A stretch of 64,000 bases of DNA from an uncultured bacterium (GTDB taxonomy: Bacteria; Patescibacteriota; Minisyncoccia; UBA6257; GWB1-50-10). Below are positions 18,794 to 26,864 of this stretch, piece by piece. Every line of letters starts with the position of its first letter. The first letter of the stretch is position 1. The translations under genes and the position numbers were made by a program. Below the pieces are notes generated by a model. That model made no database searches. It was given only the letters and a program-made list of their open reading frames with translations, and was not told the origin of the DNA. Location of the stretch: assembly GCA_963713955.1 (NCBI GenBank), contig OY970216.1:378252-442251 (forward strand), in the 5' to 3' direction.

Positions 18794-19920
18794 AACGAAT
18801 GAATCTCTCGGGATTTTTTAAAAAAATAAGAGGCGGCACCGAGAGATATTTGGTAGTCGAAGAGAAAGACAATTTCTTCGAAAAAACGATTGCCAGCGTC
18901 TGCCTGAGAGATAAGGAAATAAGGATTCTGAGACAGTCGGAAATTGCGAAGCTGAGGGAACTGAAGAAAAACGTCTTGCGGGGATTCGACAAGATCGTTT
19001 TCGCCCTTGATTCCGCCTCGGCGACGACCGTTCAGGATTCGGTGAGGGTAAAAACAGCTTCCCGTCTCAAACCGATCACCGAAACGGAACTCGAGGATAT
19101 TGTTTTCAAGGCCTTATGGGAATTTCTCAATAAGCAAAGAGTCTGGGTTTCCAAAAAACTCAACGTATCTGATGCCGCGCTCGTCTTGAACGACGTGCAG
19201 GTAAGGGGCGTTCGCCTCGATTCCCATAATCTCTTCAATCCGATAGGTTTCAAAGGAGACGAGCTGGAATTCATTTTCAAGGGAACGTTCGTGACGAAAC
19301 AGCTTTATCATGAAATACGCGAAGCGGCAAAGACGGTTCCCCTGTCGATCCTCGAGAAGGGGAGCGTCTTGCTCTCATTCCTCAACGGAGAAAAAGCCAC
19401 TCTGGCTTACGTCGGCGAGGAAAGAACGGAAATCTTTTTCAAGGAAGGTTCCCGGGAAGCGTTTGCCGAGGAGATAAACTGGGGGAGCGTGAAATTCAAG
19501 GAAAGAGTATCGGAGGAATTCGGATTGAATTACCAGGCGTCCGCGACGTTGGTGGAGGCCTATGCCCGGGGATCAGTCTCCCGCACCGTCGAAAGGCACT
19601 TCCGGAAGATAATCGCCGGGTGCTTCGGGGATTTTTTTGGAACAGCTCACCTCGGTGGAAAGCACGTCGTGTTTTATTTCGAATCACTCGCCTTGCCTCG
19701 GAACGTTTTTGGAAAAGAAGTGAAAGGCGACTTTTGCAGACTTGACGAAGAATTGGCAAGAAAGGATTTAAGAATAACGAGAGGCGGGAAGGGGGATTTT
19801 GATCTTTCTCGGCATCAGGATACCGCGGCACTTCTGGTTTATTCTTATGCGGATCAAAGGTACGATTTTCTGAACTCAATGCTCCGGCGGCGCGCCGGGT
19901 GGCTTGTTTCCAATTTTTAG
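18790..19920 (+). CDS. hypothetical protein, possibly actin-fold (FtsA/PilM-like)
   Basis: 376 aa. A weak LDSASATTV phosphate-1-like segment. No firm motif. Confidence 0.3.
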   Translation: MKRMNLSGFFKKIRGGTERYLVVEEKDNFFEKTIASVCLRDKEIRILRQSEIAKLRELKKNVLRGFDKIVFALDSASATTVQDSVRVKTASRLKPITETELEDIVFKALWEFLNKQRVWVSKKLNVSDAALVLNDVQVRGVRLDSHNLFNPIGFKGDELEFIFKGTFVTKQLYHEIREAAKTVPLSILEKGSVLLSFLNGEKATLAYVGEERTEIFFKEGSREAFAEEINWGSVKFKERVSEEFGLNYQASATLVEAYARGSVSRTVERHFRKIIAGCFGDFFGTAHLGGKHVVFYFESLALPRNVFGKEVKGDFCRLDEELARKDLRITRGGKGDFDLSRHQDTAALLVYSYADQRYDFLNSMLRRRAGWLVSNF

Positions 19921-19921
19921 T

Positions 19922-20050
19922 CCCTCACCCTTGGAAGATAAGCAATTGCTTAAAAGTGGATGGTGAGTGATAATTAACGATAATGGGAAAGTTATTAATC
20001 AGCGGTCGTGAAAAAATGGATTGCTCTCGAGCAATCTTTCAAGGGTGAGG
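19922..20050 (+). promoter_or_regulatory. long inverted-repeat intergenic element (family B) copy 1
   Basis: CCCTCACCCTT...AAGGGTGAGGG arms. The 3' arm abuts the ATG at 20052. TTGCTT -35-like box inside. Confidence 0.6.
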
Positions 20051-20051
20051 G

Positions 20052-21734
20052 ATGAAGACTGAAAAGAAGATTTTTCTTGAAAAAGACCAGGATGTCGACT
20101 CGGCGATAGATGAAATCGTCGAGACCTCGGCTACCAGGATAATATTGAATATACCCAAGAATTCCGTTTTGGGAATTTCGATCCATAACTTTCAGATATT
20201 GAAAAGGGAAGCCGAGACCGCGGGCAAGGAGATGGTTGTCGAGTCGGTGGACGAACATGTTCTCGAACTGGCCTCTCTCGCCAAAATAGCCGCCCTGAAT
20301 CCGGTTTTCAGGATCAAAGAAAGAGCGGTTGCCGACATCTTGCCGAAAGAGATGGATATCGGAGGGAGGAGAACGGAAGAAGAATCGGTTGGCGGAGAAA
20401 TAAGCGCCGAGAAGCCGCGGAGAGGCAAAAAAGAAAACGCCAAGAAAGACGCGAAGCGCGAAATTGAGGAGAGAGAGATAGACATATTTGAAGAGGAAAT
20501 CGAAAAATCCCCTCGCGAGCCGGAATACACTCCGTTGTTTGAAGCCAAGGAAAATCCGGAGGAGCCGGAAAAGCCGAGAAAAGAGAGGGGAAAGAGAAGA
20601 AAGAAACTGGTTTTTGCAGGAGTTCTTATCCTCATCTTCGCCGCTGCTTTCTTTGTTCTCACATATCTTCTGCCCCATGTCACCATACGACTCACCATAA
20701 AGAAAACCGCGTCGCCCTTTTCTTCCAGCGTTCTCGTAAGCACGGCGGTGGCGTCGTCTTCGTTTTCAACGAGCACGATTATTCTTCCCGGACAAATCAT
20801 TTCCGCTGCAGGCAACGTCAGTCTCCACTTCGCGAGCGGAACCGAAGAGCATGTGGAAACGAAAGCAAGCGGGATGCTCACGGTGTACAATTCGTATAGT
20901 TCGGCTCCGCAGGTTTTGGTCGCAACGACGCGCTTTGTTTCTCCCGGAGGGAAATTGTTCAGGTCTACGGAACGGATAACCGTTCCCGGAGCCAAAGCCG
21001 CGAGCGGAACCACGACGCCCGGTTCGGCCGGAGTGAACGTGGTTGCCGCCGAGGCCGGCGCGGATTACAACGTCGGACCTTCAACCGGCTGGACGATTCC
21101 GGGGTTCGAGGGAACCCCGCGCTACGATAAATTCTCCGCCGCGGCACTCGCGCCCATGACTGGCGGCTTCGTCGGCACGACGACCGTCCCCACGAAGAAC
21201 GACCTCGTAAGCGCTGAGGGAGAAATCGATCAGCAACTTGAAGGCGTTCTCCAGAGTAAAATTTCTCTTTTGGGTTCGGATAACTTAAAAATATTGCCAC
21301 AATCCCTTTCCTTTGCAACCACGAGCGAGCAAATGACGGATAGCAAGGACGGGCAAGGTTTCGACATTCTCGCCGAAGGCACTATCAAAGAGATCGGTTT
21401 CGACGAAAATATGATGAAGCAAGCGGTCCTGGATTCAGTGACTTCCGGCGGAAGCTCGGGTCTTCAGATAAGCGATTTCACCGTTTCCTATGGAACCTCG
21501 ACCCCCGATTTCTCAAGTGGCAAGATGTATTTCAGCGCTTCGGGGACGATTGCTTACGGACCGAACATCGATTTTGGAAAGGTTAAATCGGAAATACTTG
21601 GCAAGGGGGCCGATCAGCTGAAAGCGATCATCTTCGCGCTGCCGGGCCTCGAAGAAGCGAATGTTTCTTTCTGGCCCTTCTGGGTCAATACCGTGCCCAC
21701 CAATCCATCCAACGTCAACATCGAGGTGCAGTAA
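20052..21734 (+). CDS. hypothetical bitopic membrane protein with charged linker and large extracytoplasmic domain
   Basis: 560 aa. KRE-rich region, a single TM (LVFAGVLILIFAAAFFVL), then a Ser/Thr/Gly-rich domain. Confidence 0.45.
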   Translation: MKTEKKIFLEKDQDVDSAIDEIVETSATRIILNIPKNSVLGISIHNFQILKREAETAGKEMVVESVDEHVLELASLAKIAALNPVFRIKERAVADILPKEMDIGGRRTEEESVGGEISAEKPRRGKKENAKKDAKREIEEREIDIFEEEIEKSPREPEYTPLFEAKENPEEPEKPRKERGKRRKKLVFAGVLILIFAAAFFVLTYLLPHVTIRLTIKKTASPFSSSVLVSTAVASSSFSTSTIILPGQIISAAGNVSLHFASGTEEHVETKASGMLTVYNSYSSAPQVLVATTRFVSPGGKLFRSTERITVPGAKAASGTTTPGSAGVNVVAAEAGADYNVGPSTGWTIPGFEGTPRYDKFSAAALAPMTGGFVGTTTVPTKNDLVSAEGEIDQQLEGVLQSKISLLGSDNLKILPQSLSFATTSEQMTDSKDGQGFDILAEGTIKEIGFDENMMKQAVLDSVTSGGSSGLQISDFTVSYGTSTPDFSSGKMYFSASGTIAYGPNIDFGKVKSEILGKGADQLKAIIFALPGLEEANVSFWPFWVNTVPTNPSNVNIEVQ

Positions 21735-21788
21735 CGCGGGAGTACTGCCCCTTTCGTCAAAGCGCTTCGCTCTCGCGCCCTCAAACCA

Positions 21789-21817
21789 TTGACTTTATGG
21801 GGTGTTTTCTGTAGCAT
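21789..21817 (+). promoter_or_regulatory. sigma70-like promoter upstream of infA (TTGACT-N17-TAGCAT)
   Basis: Spacing and hexamers are near consensus. It lies in the gap after the 20052-21734 ORF. Confidence 0.4.
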
Positions 21818-21826
21818 ATACAATAC

Positions 21827-22057
21827 TTGATGAAAGACGGAGAGAAGTTGCTAAAAGTTGAAGGGATGGTGGTAGAGGCGCTGCCCGGATTGCTTTTTAG
21901 GGTCAAGTTACAATCTCCCGGAGGCGAGAAAGAGGTACTTGCACATCTCGCCGGCAAACTCAAGCTGCACAGGATCAGGGTCATACCCGGGGACCGGGTG
22001 CTCATGGAAATGGCCGGTAAGGGAGACGCAAGGGGCAGGATAGTGAGGAGACTATAA
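21827..22057 (+). CDS. infA: translation initiation factor IF-1
   Basis: S1-like GMVVEALPGLLFRVKL...RGRIVRRL. The track start is a TTG and the ATG is at 21830. Confidence 0.85.
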   Translation: MMKDGEKLLKVEGMVVEALPGLLFRVKLQSPGGEKEVLAHLAGKLKLHRIRVIPGDRVLMEMAGKGDARGRIVRRL

Positions 22058-22068
22058 AAAAATAAAAA

Positions 22069-22185
22069 ATGAAGGTAAGATCTTCGGTCAAAAAAATATG
22101 CATGAACTGCAAAGCCGTTAAACGCAACGGCAAGCTTTACGTCATATGTTCCAAAAATCCGAAACATAAGCAAAGACAGGGATGA
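22069..22185 (+). CDS. rpmJ: 50S ribosomal protein L36
   Basis: [38 protein letters not shown], 38 aa and not in the ORF track. The stop overlaps the rpsM ATG. Confidence 0.85.
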   Translation: MKVRSSVKKICMNCKAVKRNGKLYVICSKNPKHKQRQG

Positions 22186-22565
22186 GAGTAGCCGGAGTCA
22201 ACATACCCGATGATAAAAAGGTCCAGTTTGCGCTGGCCTACATTTATGGCGTTGGCCCTTCTCTCGCCGGCAAGATCGTGGCTGAAACGAAAGTGAACCC
22301 GGCGAAGCGGGCGAAAGACTTGACGCCGGAAGAAGTCAACAAAATCCAATCAATCATAGAGAAGCGTTACAAAGTCGAGGGGGAGTTAAGGCAAGCCATA
22401 CGACAGAATATTTCGCGCTTGAAGGACATCAAGTGCTACCGGGGAATGCGGCATTTGAGAAAGTTGCCCGTGAGGGGTCAGAGAACGAAAACTAATTCGA
22501 GAACGGTACGAGGCAACGTAAGGCATACGGCCGGAAGCGGCAAGAGGAAAGTGGAACTGAAATAA
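22182..22565 (+). CDS. rpsM: 30S ribosomal protein S13
   Basis: MRVAGVNIP...ALAYIYGVG start and a basic C-terminus. Confidence 0.9.
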   Translation: MRVAGVNIPDDKKVQFALAYIYGVGPSLAGKIVAETKVNPAKRAKDLTPEEVNKIQSIIEKRYKVEGELRQAIRQNISRLKDIKCYRGMRHLRKLPVRGQRTKTNSRTVRGNVRHTAGSGKRKVELK

Positions 22566-22566
22566 T

Positions 22567-22698
22567 CCCTCACCCTTCAAAGATTGCTTCGCTTAAAAAA
22601 CATTTGATACAATATGAAATTCATGATTGATACAAATATACGGAGAAATAATGCAAACTTCAGAGTCGTGAAGTTTATTAATCTTTAAAGGGTGAGGG
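22567..22698 (+). promoter_or_regulatory. long inverted-repeat intergenic element (family B) copy 2, between rpsM and rpsK, enclosing promoter TTGCTT-N18-TACAAT (22584-22613)
   Basis: 19-bp arms CCCTCACCCTTCAAAGATT / AATCTTTAAAGGGTGAGGG. The 3' arm abuts the rpsK ATG. Confidence 0.65.
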
Positions 22699-23151
22699 AT
22701 GGGGAAGAAAAAAGTAATACAAAAATCCAAAGAAGAGACGACGGGAGAGAGCAAGGGAGCGGGGAAACCGGTTTCCCGGGAATCTTCTTCGCCGGTGAGA
22801 CAAAAACTCAGCGAGGGAAAGATTTACATCCAGTCCACCTATAACAATACAATGATATCCGTTACCGACCGCGCGGGGAACGTCGTTACCTGGATGTCAG
22901 CCGGATCGCTTGGTTTTTCCGGACCGAAGAAAGCGACGCCGTTCGCCGCTTCCAAGGTGGCGGAAGCGATAGCGCAGAAGATAGAAAAGTCAGGACCCTC
23001 GACGGTGGAAATATACGTCCGCGGCGTGGGTTCCGGAAGAGATTCGGCGATCCGATCATTTGCCGCCAAGGGTTTCAACATAACGGCGATAAAGGACGTC
23101 ACGCCGATTCCGCATAACGGCCCCAAGCCGCCGAAAACCAGAAGGGTGTAA
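22699..23151 (+). CDS. rpsK: 30S ribosomal protein S11
   Basis: IYIQSTYNNTMISVTD...PFAA...ITDVTPIPHNG. Confidence 0.9.
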   Translation: MGKKKVIQKSKEETTGESKGAGKPVSRESSSPVRQKLSEGKIYIQSTYNNTMISVTDRAGNVVTWMSAGSLGFSGPKKATPFAASKVAEAIAQKIEKSGPSTVEIYVRGVGSGRDSAIRSFAAKGFNITAIKDVTPIPHNGPKPPKTRRV

Positions 23152-23158
23152 ATAAGGA

Positions 23159-23761
23159 ATGAAAAACGTAAAAGAAAAAAAAGAACGAGCGCTCGGCATC
23201 AAGCTTTTCCTCAAAGCAGAGCGATGCAATTCTCCGAAATGTGCGACGGTAAGAAAGCCGTATGGCCCCGGAATGCACGGTCAGAAAAGAAAAAGGCCTA
23301 TTTCCGATTTCGGCAGGCAGCTTAAGGAAAAACAAAAGATGCAGTTAATCTACGGTTTGAACAACAGGCAAGTGAGAGCGCTTTTCAGGGATTATTCGCC
23401 CGAGAAGATATTTTCCGCCCTTGAAAGGAGACTGGACAGGGTGGTATATTATCTTGGTTTCGCTCCTTCCCTGAGGGTAGGAAGGCAAATCGTTTCCCAC
23501 GGTCACATCCTCGTGAACGGCAAAAAAGTGACGATCCCCTCGTTTCGGGTGAAAACAGGAGACAAGATTACGGTGAGACCGGAATCGAGGAAGAGCAAGC
23601 TGTTTGAGGAATTGTCGGAAAAATTGAAACAAAAAGAACTTCCCGCGTGGCTTACCTTGAAAGGGGAGGAATTCACCGGTGAGTGCGTGGCAATGCCGGA
23701 TTTCAAAGGGATTCAACTGCCCTTCGATATAAGCCTGGTCGGCGAGTTTTATTCCCGGTGA
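23159..23761 (+). CDS. rpsD: 30S ribosomal protein S4
   Basis: LQLIYGLNNRQVRALF and an S4 domain, with an N-terminal Cys-containing segment. Confidence 0.9.
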   Translation: MKNVKEKKERALGIKLFLKAERCNSPKCATVRKPYGPGMHGQKRKRPISDFGRQLKEKQKMQLIYGLNNRQVRALFRDYSPEKIFSALERRLDRVVYYLGFAPSLRVGRQIVSHGHILVNGKKVTIPSFRVKTGDKITVRPESRKSKLFEELSEKLKQKELPAWLTLKGEEFTGECVAMPDFKGIQLPFDISLVGEFYSR

Positions 23762-23762
23762 G

Positions 23763-23892
23763 TACAACTGCGATAAGATTAAATCAGTGTTTAAAGTTAA
23801 TTAAAAGTTGAAACATATGATATTAAGTAAAGGTCATCAAGGGGAATAAATGTGGTTTTGATTTAATCAAATACTGCAATCGCAGTTGTACT
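23763..23892 (+). promoter_or_regulatory. long imperfect hairpin in rpsD-rpoA intergenic region
   Basis: GTACAACTGCGAT..GATTAAATCA paired with TGATTTAATC..ATCGCAGTTGTAC, giving ~23 bp of stem around a ~75-nt loop. Confidence 0.5.
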
Positions 23893-23957
23893 ACTGGGTA
23901 TTCGAGATAGTATATGGGAACAAAAACGTCGATTTTTAAATTGTTAGCGAACACTTC

Positions 23958-24707
23958 ATGAAGTACACTCATCTCAGCGAAACAGTGTCGGTGAAAACGA
24001 TTTCGGAAAAAGAAAATGTCGGAGTTTTTCACGTCGAAGGGTTGTATACGGGCTACGGCGTTACGCTCGGGAACGCATTGAGGCGCGTTCTTTTGTCTTC
24101 TCTGCCGGGAGCGGCCATAACCCAGGTGAAAATCAGGAATGTCGATCATGAATTCTCGACCTTGCCCGGCATGGCCGAAGACATCGTGGAATTCTCCCTC
24201 AATCTTAAAAAAGTCAGGTTTTATTTCACGGCCGATGAGCCGCAAACGCTGAAATTGCTTTCCAAGGGGGAGGGAGAAATAAAAGCGAGCGACATCGAGG
24301 GGAATGCCTTCGTTCGCGTATTGAACGGGGATCTGCGCTTGGCGACTCTCACGAGGAAAAACGCCGAACTGGACGCGGAACTCACCGTGGAGAAAGGATT
24401 GGGATACGTCGTGGCTGAATCGCGGAGAATGGAGAGGCTGTCAGTCGGGACCGTCGTCCTCGACGCCATATTTTCGCCGGTGGTGAAAGTTTCGTTTGAA
24501 GTCGAAAACATGCGCGTCGGCGATCGGACGGATTTCAATCGGCTGAAGCTTGAGATAGAAACCGACGGATCGATAAGTCCCTCGGAAGCTCTCCATAAAG
24601 CGGCGAACGTTTTGAAGGACCATTTCGATAAAGTTACGGCTGTTGAAATCGTGCCGGCCGAAATGCCGTCGCCAAGCGAGGGGAAATCACCGAAGAGGAA
24701 GAAATGA
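23958..24707 (+). CDS. rpoA: DNA-directed RNA polymerase alpha subunit, N-terminal domain only (no alpha-CTD)
   Basis: VEGLYTGYGVTLGNALRRVLLSSLPGAA. 249 aa ending in a Lys-rich tail. Confidence 0.85.
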   Translation: MKYTHLSETVSVKTISEKENVGVFHVEGLYTGYGVTLGNALRRVLLSSLPGAAITQVKIRNVDHEFSTLPGMAEDIVEFSLNLKKVRFYFTADEPQTLKLLSKGEGEIKASDIEGNAFVRVLNGDLRLATLTRKNAELDAELTVEKGLGYVVAESRRMERLSVGTVVLDAIFSPVVKVSFEVENMRVGDRTDFNRLKLEIETDGSISPSEALHKAANVLKDHFDKVTAVEIVPAEMPSPSEGKSPKRKK

Positions 24708-25054
24708 GGCATTTGCACAAAGGCAGAAAATTCGGTCTGAAGAAAGGAAGAAGAAGGGCGTTTTTGCGCATCCTGGCCAATAATTTGATAAGCCGCGGGC
24801 GCATTACGACGACGGAAGCGAGGGCAAAAGAAATAAAAACAGTCGTCGAGCGGTACGTCACCTACGGCAAGAAGCAGAATTTAGCCGGTCTTAAGCTTCT
24901 TTTGAAATACCTGCCGAAGAAATCTGCTTACAAGGTTTATCACGAACTGGCTCCCCGCTACGCCGAAAGGAAAGGCGGCTATTTGAGGGTTCTCAAGATG
25001 GCATCGCGGAGAAAAAACGACGGTTCGAAGATGGCAAGGATTGAGTTTGTATAA
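24704..25054 (+). CDS. rplQ: 50S ribosomal protein L17
   Basis: MRHLHKGRKFG...RITTTEARAKE. Confidence 0.9.
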   Translation: MRHLHKGRKFGLKKGRRRAFLRILANNLISRGRITTTEARAKEIKTVVERYVTYGKKQNLAGLKLLLKYLPKKSAYKVYHELAPRYAERKGGYLRVLKMASRRKNDGSKMARIEFV

Positions 25055-25058
25055 GAGT

Positions 25059-25403
25059 ATGACGGAACACGTAATTGACGCAAAAAACAAGAGACTCGGC
25101 AGATTAGCGTCGGAAATAGCCGTTATTCTGCAGGGGAAAGACAAACCGAGCTATAACCCGCGGCTTGAAGGAAACGAGGTTGTGAGGGTAAAGAACGTTT
25201 CAGGTTTGGTTCTGACCGGAAGCAAAGAGAAAACGAAAATTTATTACAAGCATACCGGCCCCCTGGGACACCTCAAGGAGAATAAGTACGCGGACGTGTT
25301 CAACAAGAATCCTGCCTGGGTTTTGAGACACGCGGTGCGCCTTATGCTTCCCAAAAACAAATTGGCCGCCAAAAGGTTGAAAAGATTGATTATAGAAAAA
25401 TAA
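25059..25403 (+). CDS. rplM: 50S ribosomal protein L13
   Basis: KRLGRLASEIAVILQGK. The start taken is the internal ATG (MTEHV); the track start at 25041 overlaps rplQ. Confidence 0.85.
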   Translation: MTEHVIDAKNKRLGRLASEIAVILQGKDKPSYNPRLEGNEVVRVKNVSGLVLTGSKEKTKIYYKHTGPLGHLKENKYADVFNKNPAWVLRHAVRLMLPKNKLAAKRLKRLIIEK

Positions 25404-25405
25404 CG

Positions 25406-25873
25406 TTGCAGAGTATGCCTCCCAAGAAAACAAAAGTTTCGGAAAAAGCGGAGAAGAAAATCCAAGCCAAGGAAAAATATACTGAAGCCGTCGGCAGAAG
25501 AAAAACGGCTGTGGCGAGAGTGAGGATATTTGCTAAGAGAGCTGAAAAAGACGGCGACGTGGAAATAACGATCAACGGGAAAAATCTCGCTGAATACTTT
25601 CCGGTTAAAAAGAACCAGAATGTTTCGAGAGCTCCTTTTAAGGCTCTGTCTCTCAAGGAGTATTCGGGCGCAGTCAAAGTCATGGGAGGGGGAGTCAACG
25701 CCCAAGCGGAAGCCATCCGGTTGGGCTTTGCGAGAGCCTTGGTTGCATTGAATCCGTTGTGGAGATCTCCTCTCAAGTCTTTGGGTTATTTGAAAAGAGA
25801 CCCGCGGATGGTGGAGCGGAAGAAATTCGGTTCCCGCAAGGCGAGAAGGCCCCAACAATGGCGTAAGAGATAA
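25406..25873 (+). CDS. rpsI: 30S ribosomal protein S9
   Basis: GGGVNAQAEAIRLGFARAL...KARRPQQWRKR C-terminus. Confidence 0.9.
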   Translation: MQSMPPKKTKVSEKAEKKIQAKEKYTEAVGRRKTAVARVRIFAKRAEKDGDVEITINGKNLAEYFPVKKNQNVSRAPFKALSLKEYSGAVKVMGGGVNAQAEAIRLGFARALVALNPLWRSPLKSLGYLKRDPRMVERKKFGSRKARRPQQWRKR

Positions 25874-25878
25874 GAAAA

Positions 25879-25900
25879 GCCCCGCTCAAGCGGGGTTTTC
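25879..25900 (+). terminator. rho-independent terminator after rpsI
   Basis: GCCCCGC-tcaa-GCGGGG stem followed by TTTT. Confidence 0.7.
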
Positions 25901-26066
25901 TCTTACGCTATTGTTGGGATAGAAGGGGTCGGGGAGGAACGGGAAATGAGTTCCTCCCCGTGTAGGAAGCTATGAGAAACCGAGGGTTTCTCAGGAGCGA
26001 GTTGCTGCATAGCGACTCGCGACGCAGCATTGGCGGAAGTCGTTTTCTCCACTGCTGGGATCTGCT

Positions 26067-26255
26067 AAAAACTATTCAGCCTCCTCGCTAAAACCCTCGG
26101 TTATCAAAATCCTCCTCGCTCTTCGTCGGAATTATCCGCAAAATATCGAACTCGACCTAAAGGGACTCAAACAGCGATATTTTGCTCATTCCTTCCTCAT
26201 TGCTCGGGGATTTTGAAACAATCTCGAACAAACCGCTCAAAAGCTGAATAGTTTT
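26067..26255 (+). repeat. palindromic intergenic repeat, copy R1
   Basis: Bounded by AAAACTATTCAGC/GCTGAATAGTTTT inverted repeats. The inner stem is GCAAAATATCG...CGATATTTTGC. It shares CTCCTCGCT...TCGTCGGAAT and GCTCATTCCTTCCTCA..GCTCGGGGATTTTGA blocks with 6 other copies. Confidence 0.8.
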
Positions 26256-26270
26256 CATCGGAGTGCTTTT

Positions 26271-26300
26271 CAAAAGTTTGAATCCTCCCCTGTGCACTAA
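26271..26300 (+). repeat. degenerate copy l of conserved module
   Basis: CAAAAGTTTGAATCCTCCCCTGTGCACTAAA. Confidence 0.5.
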
Positions 26301-26303
26301 AGG

Positions 26304-26750
26304 CTAAACAAGAAGTTCAGCAAATATCTTATCGATATCTTTGAGGGTTTTATACATCTTAACAGAAAGATGAGGATTGCCTGCAATCATAGCGGAAAGT
26401 CTTCTTCCTTCCTGCTCTCGATAGAGGCACAAAATTCTCTTTTGTAAACTTTCTGCTATACCAAGCTCGTATCCTACCCCCAGACTCGCCGTGGTTACTT
26501 CGGCAACAACAATGTCGGATCCGGTGAGCCATTGAACATCTCTTGAGTAAATATCCTTATCGGATAGCTGTGCTTCCCCATAGCTACTTAGTTCCTTATT
26601 TCCAATGTGTTCCGTGGCTACTGTTCCAAAGGCAGAAAGCTTCTTTATGATCTCCAAATAAAGCTCCTTATCATCACGACCACCACGGATTGATCCCGCG
26701 AAGTATATCTTCATAAGGGGAATTATAAGCTTAAAATGCTGATTTTCCAA
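26304..26750 (-). CDS. 2'-deoxynucleoside 5'-phosphate N-hydrolase (DNPH1/Rcl-like, nucleoside 2-deoxyribosyltransferase fold)
   Basis: IYFAGSIRGGR...GTVATEHI...DIVVAEVTTASLGVGYELG...KRILCLY matches the DNPH1 family signature. TTG start. Confidence 0.7.
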   Translation of the reverse strand: MENQHFKLIIPLMKIYFAGSIRGGRDDKELYLEIIKKLSAFGTVATEHIGNKELSSYGEAQLSDKDIYSRDVQWLTGSDIVVAEVTTASLGVGYELGIAESLQKRILCLYREQEGRRLSAMIAGNPHLSVKMYKTLKDIDKIFAELLV

Positions 26751-26754
26751 CTAG

Positions 26755-26780
26755 AATCGTTCGAACATCGTCCACTACTG
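26755..26780 (+). repeat. conserved module copy a
   Basis: AATCGTTCGAACATCGTCCACTACTG, starting 5 bp beyond the DNPH1 start and lying upstream of the NTase gene. Confidence 0.8.
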
Positions 26781-26864
26781 TGCTGTGCGGTGTACTAGAA
26801 TAATGTGGAATGATCAAGGACGATCTGATTATCCATATTTCCAGAAACGATTTATACTTTAGAT

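Noticed and set aside
18790-21734. Calling 18790-19920 and 20052-21734 a pilM/pilN-like pair or ftsA/ftsZ
   Set aside because: No GGGTGTG tubulin signature and no clear actin phosphate motifs. Left as hypothetical with a low-confidence note.
25901-26066. Hairpin-rich 160 bp after rpsI (GGGGAGGAAC...GTTCCTCCCC, GAGAAACCGAGGGTTTCTC, GGAAGC) - possible SRP/4.5S or other ncRNA
   Set aside because: Lacks the GGAAGCAGCCA domain-IV motif and has no convincing overall fold. Probably part of the terminator/repeat R1 flank.
26755-26780. Module as integron attC or Xer (dif-like, also 28 bp) site
   Set aside because: No R'/R'' GTTRRRY core and no attC-like imperfect palindrome. The two halves are direct, not inverted, repeats, unlike XerC/XerD arms. 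No intI or xer gene in the window. Kept only as a loose analogy in the findings.
26755-26780. GTTCGAA within the module resembling a tRNA T-loop (att site from a tRNA 3' end)
   Set aside because: Flanking bases cannot form a T-stem or acceptor stem, and no tRNA gene is nearby.
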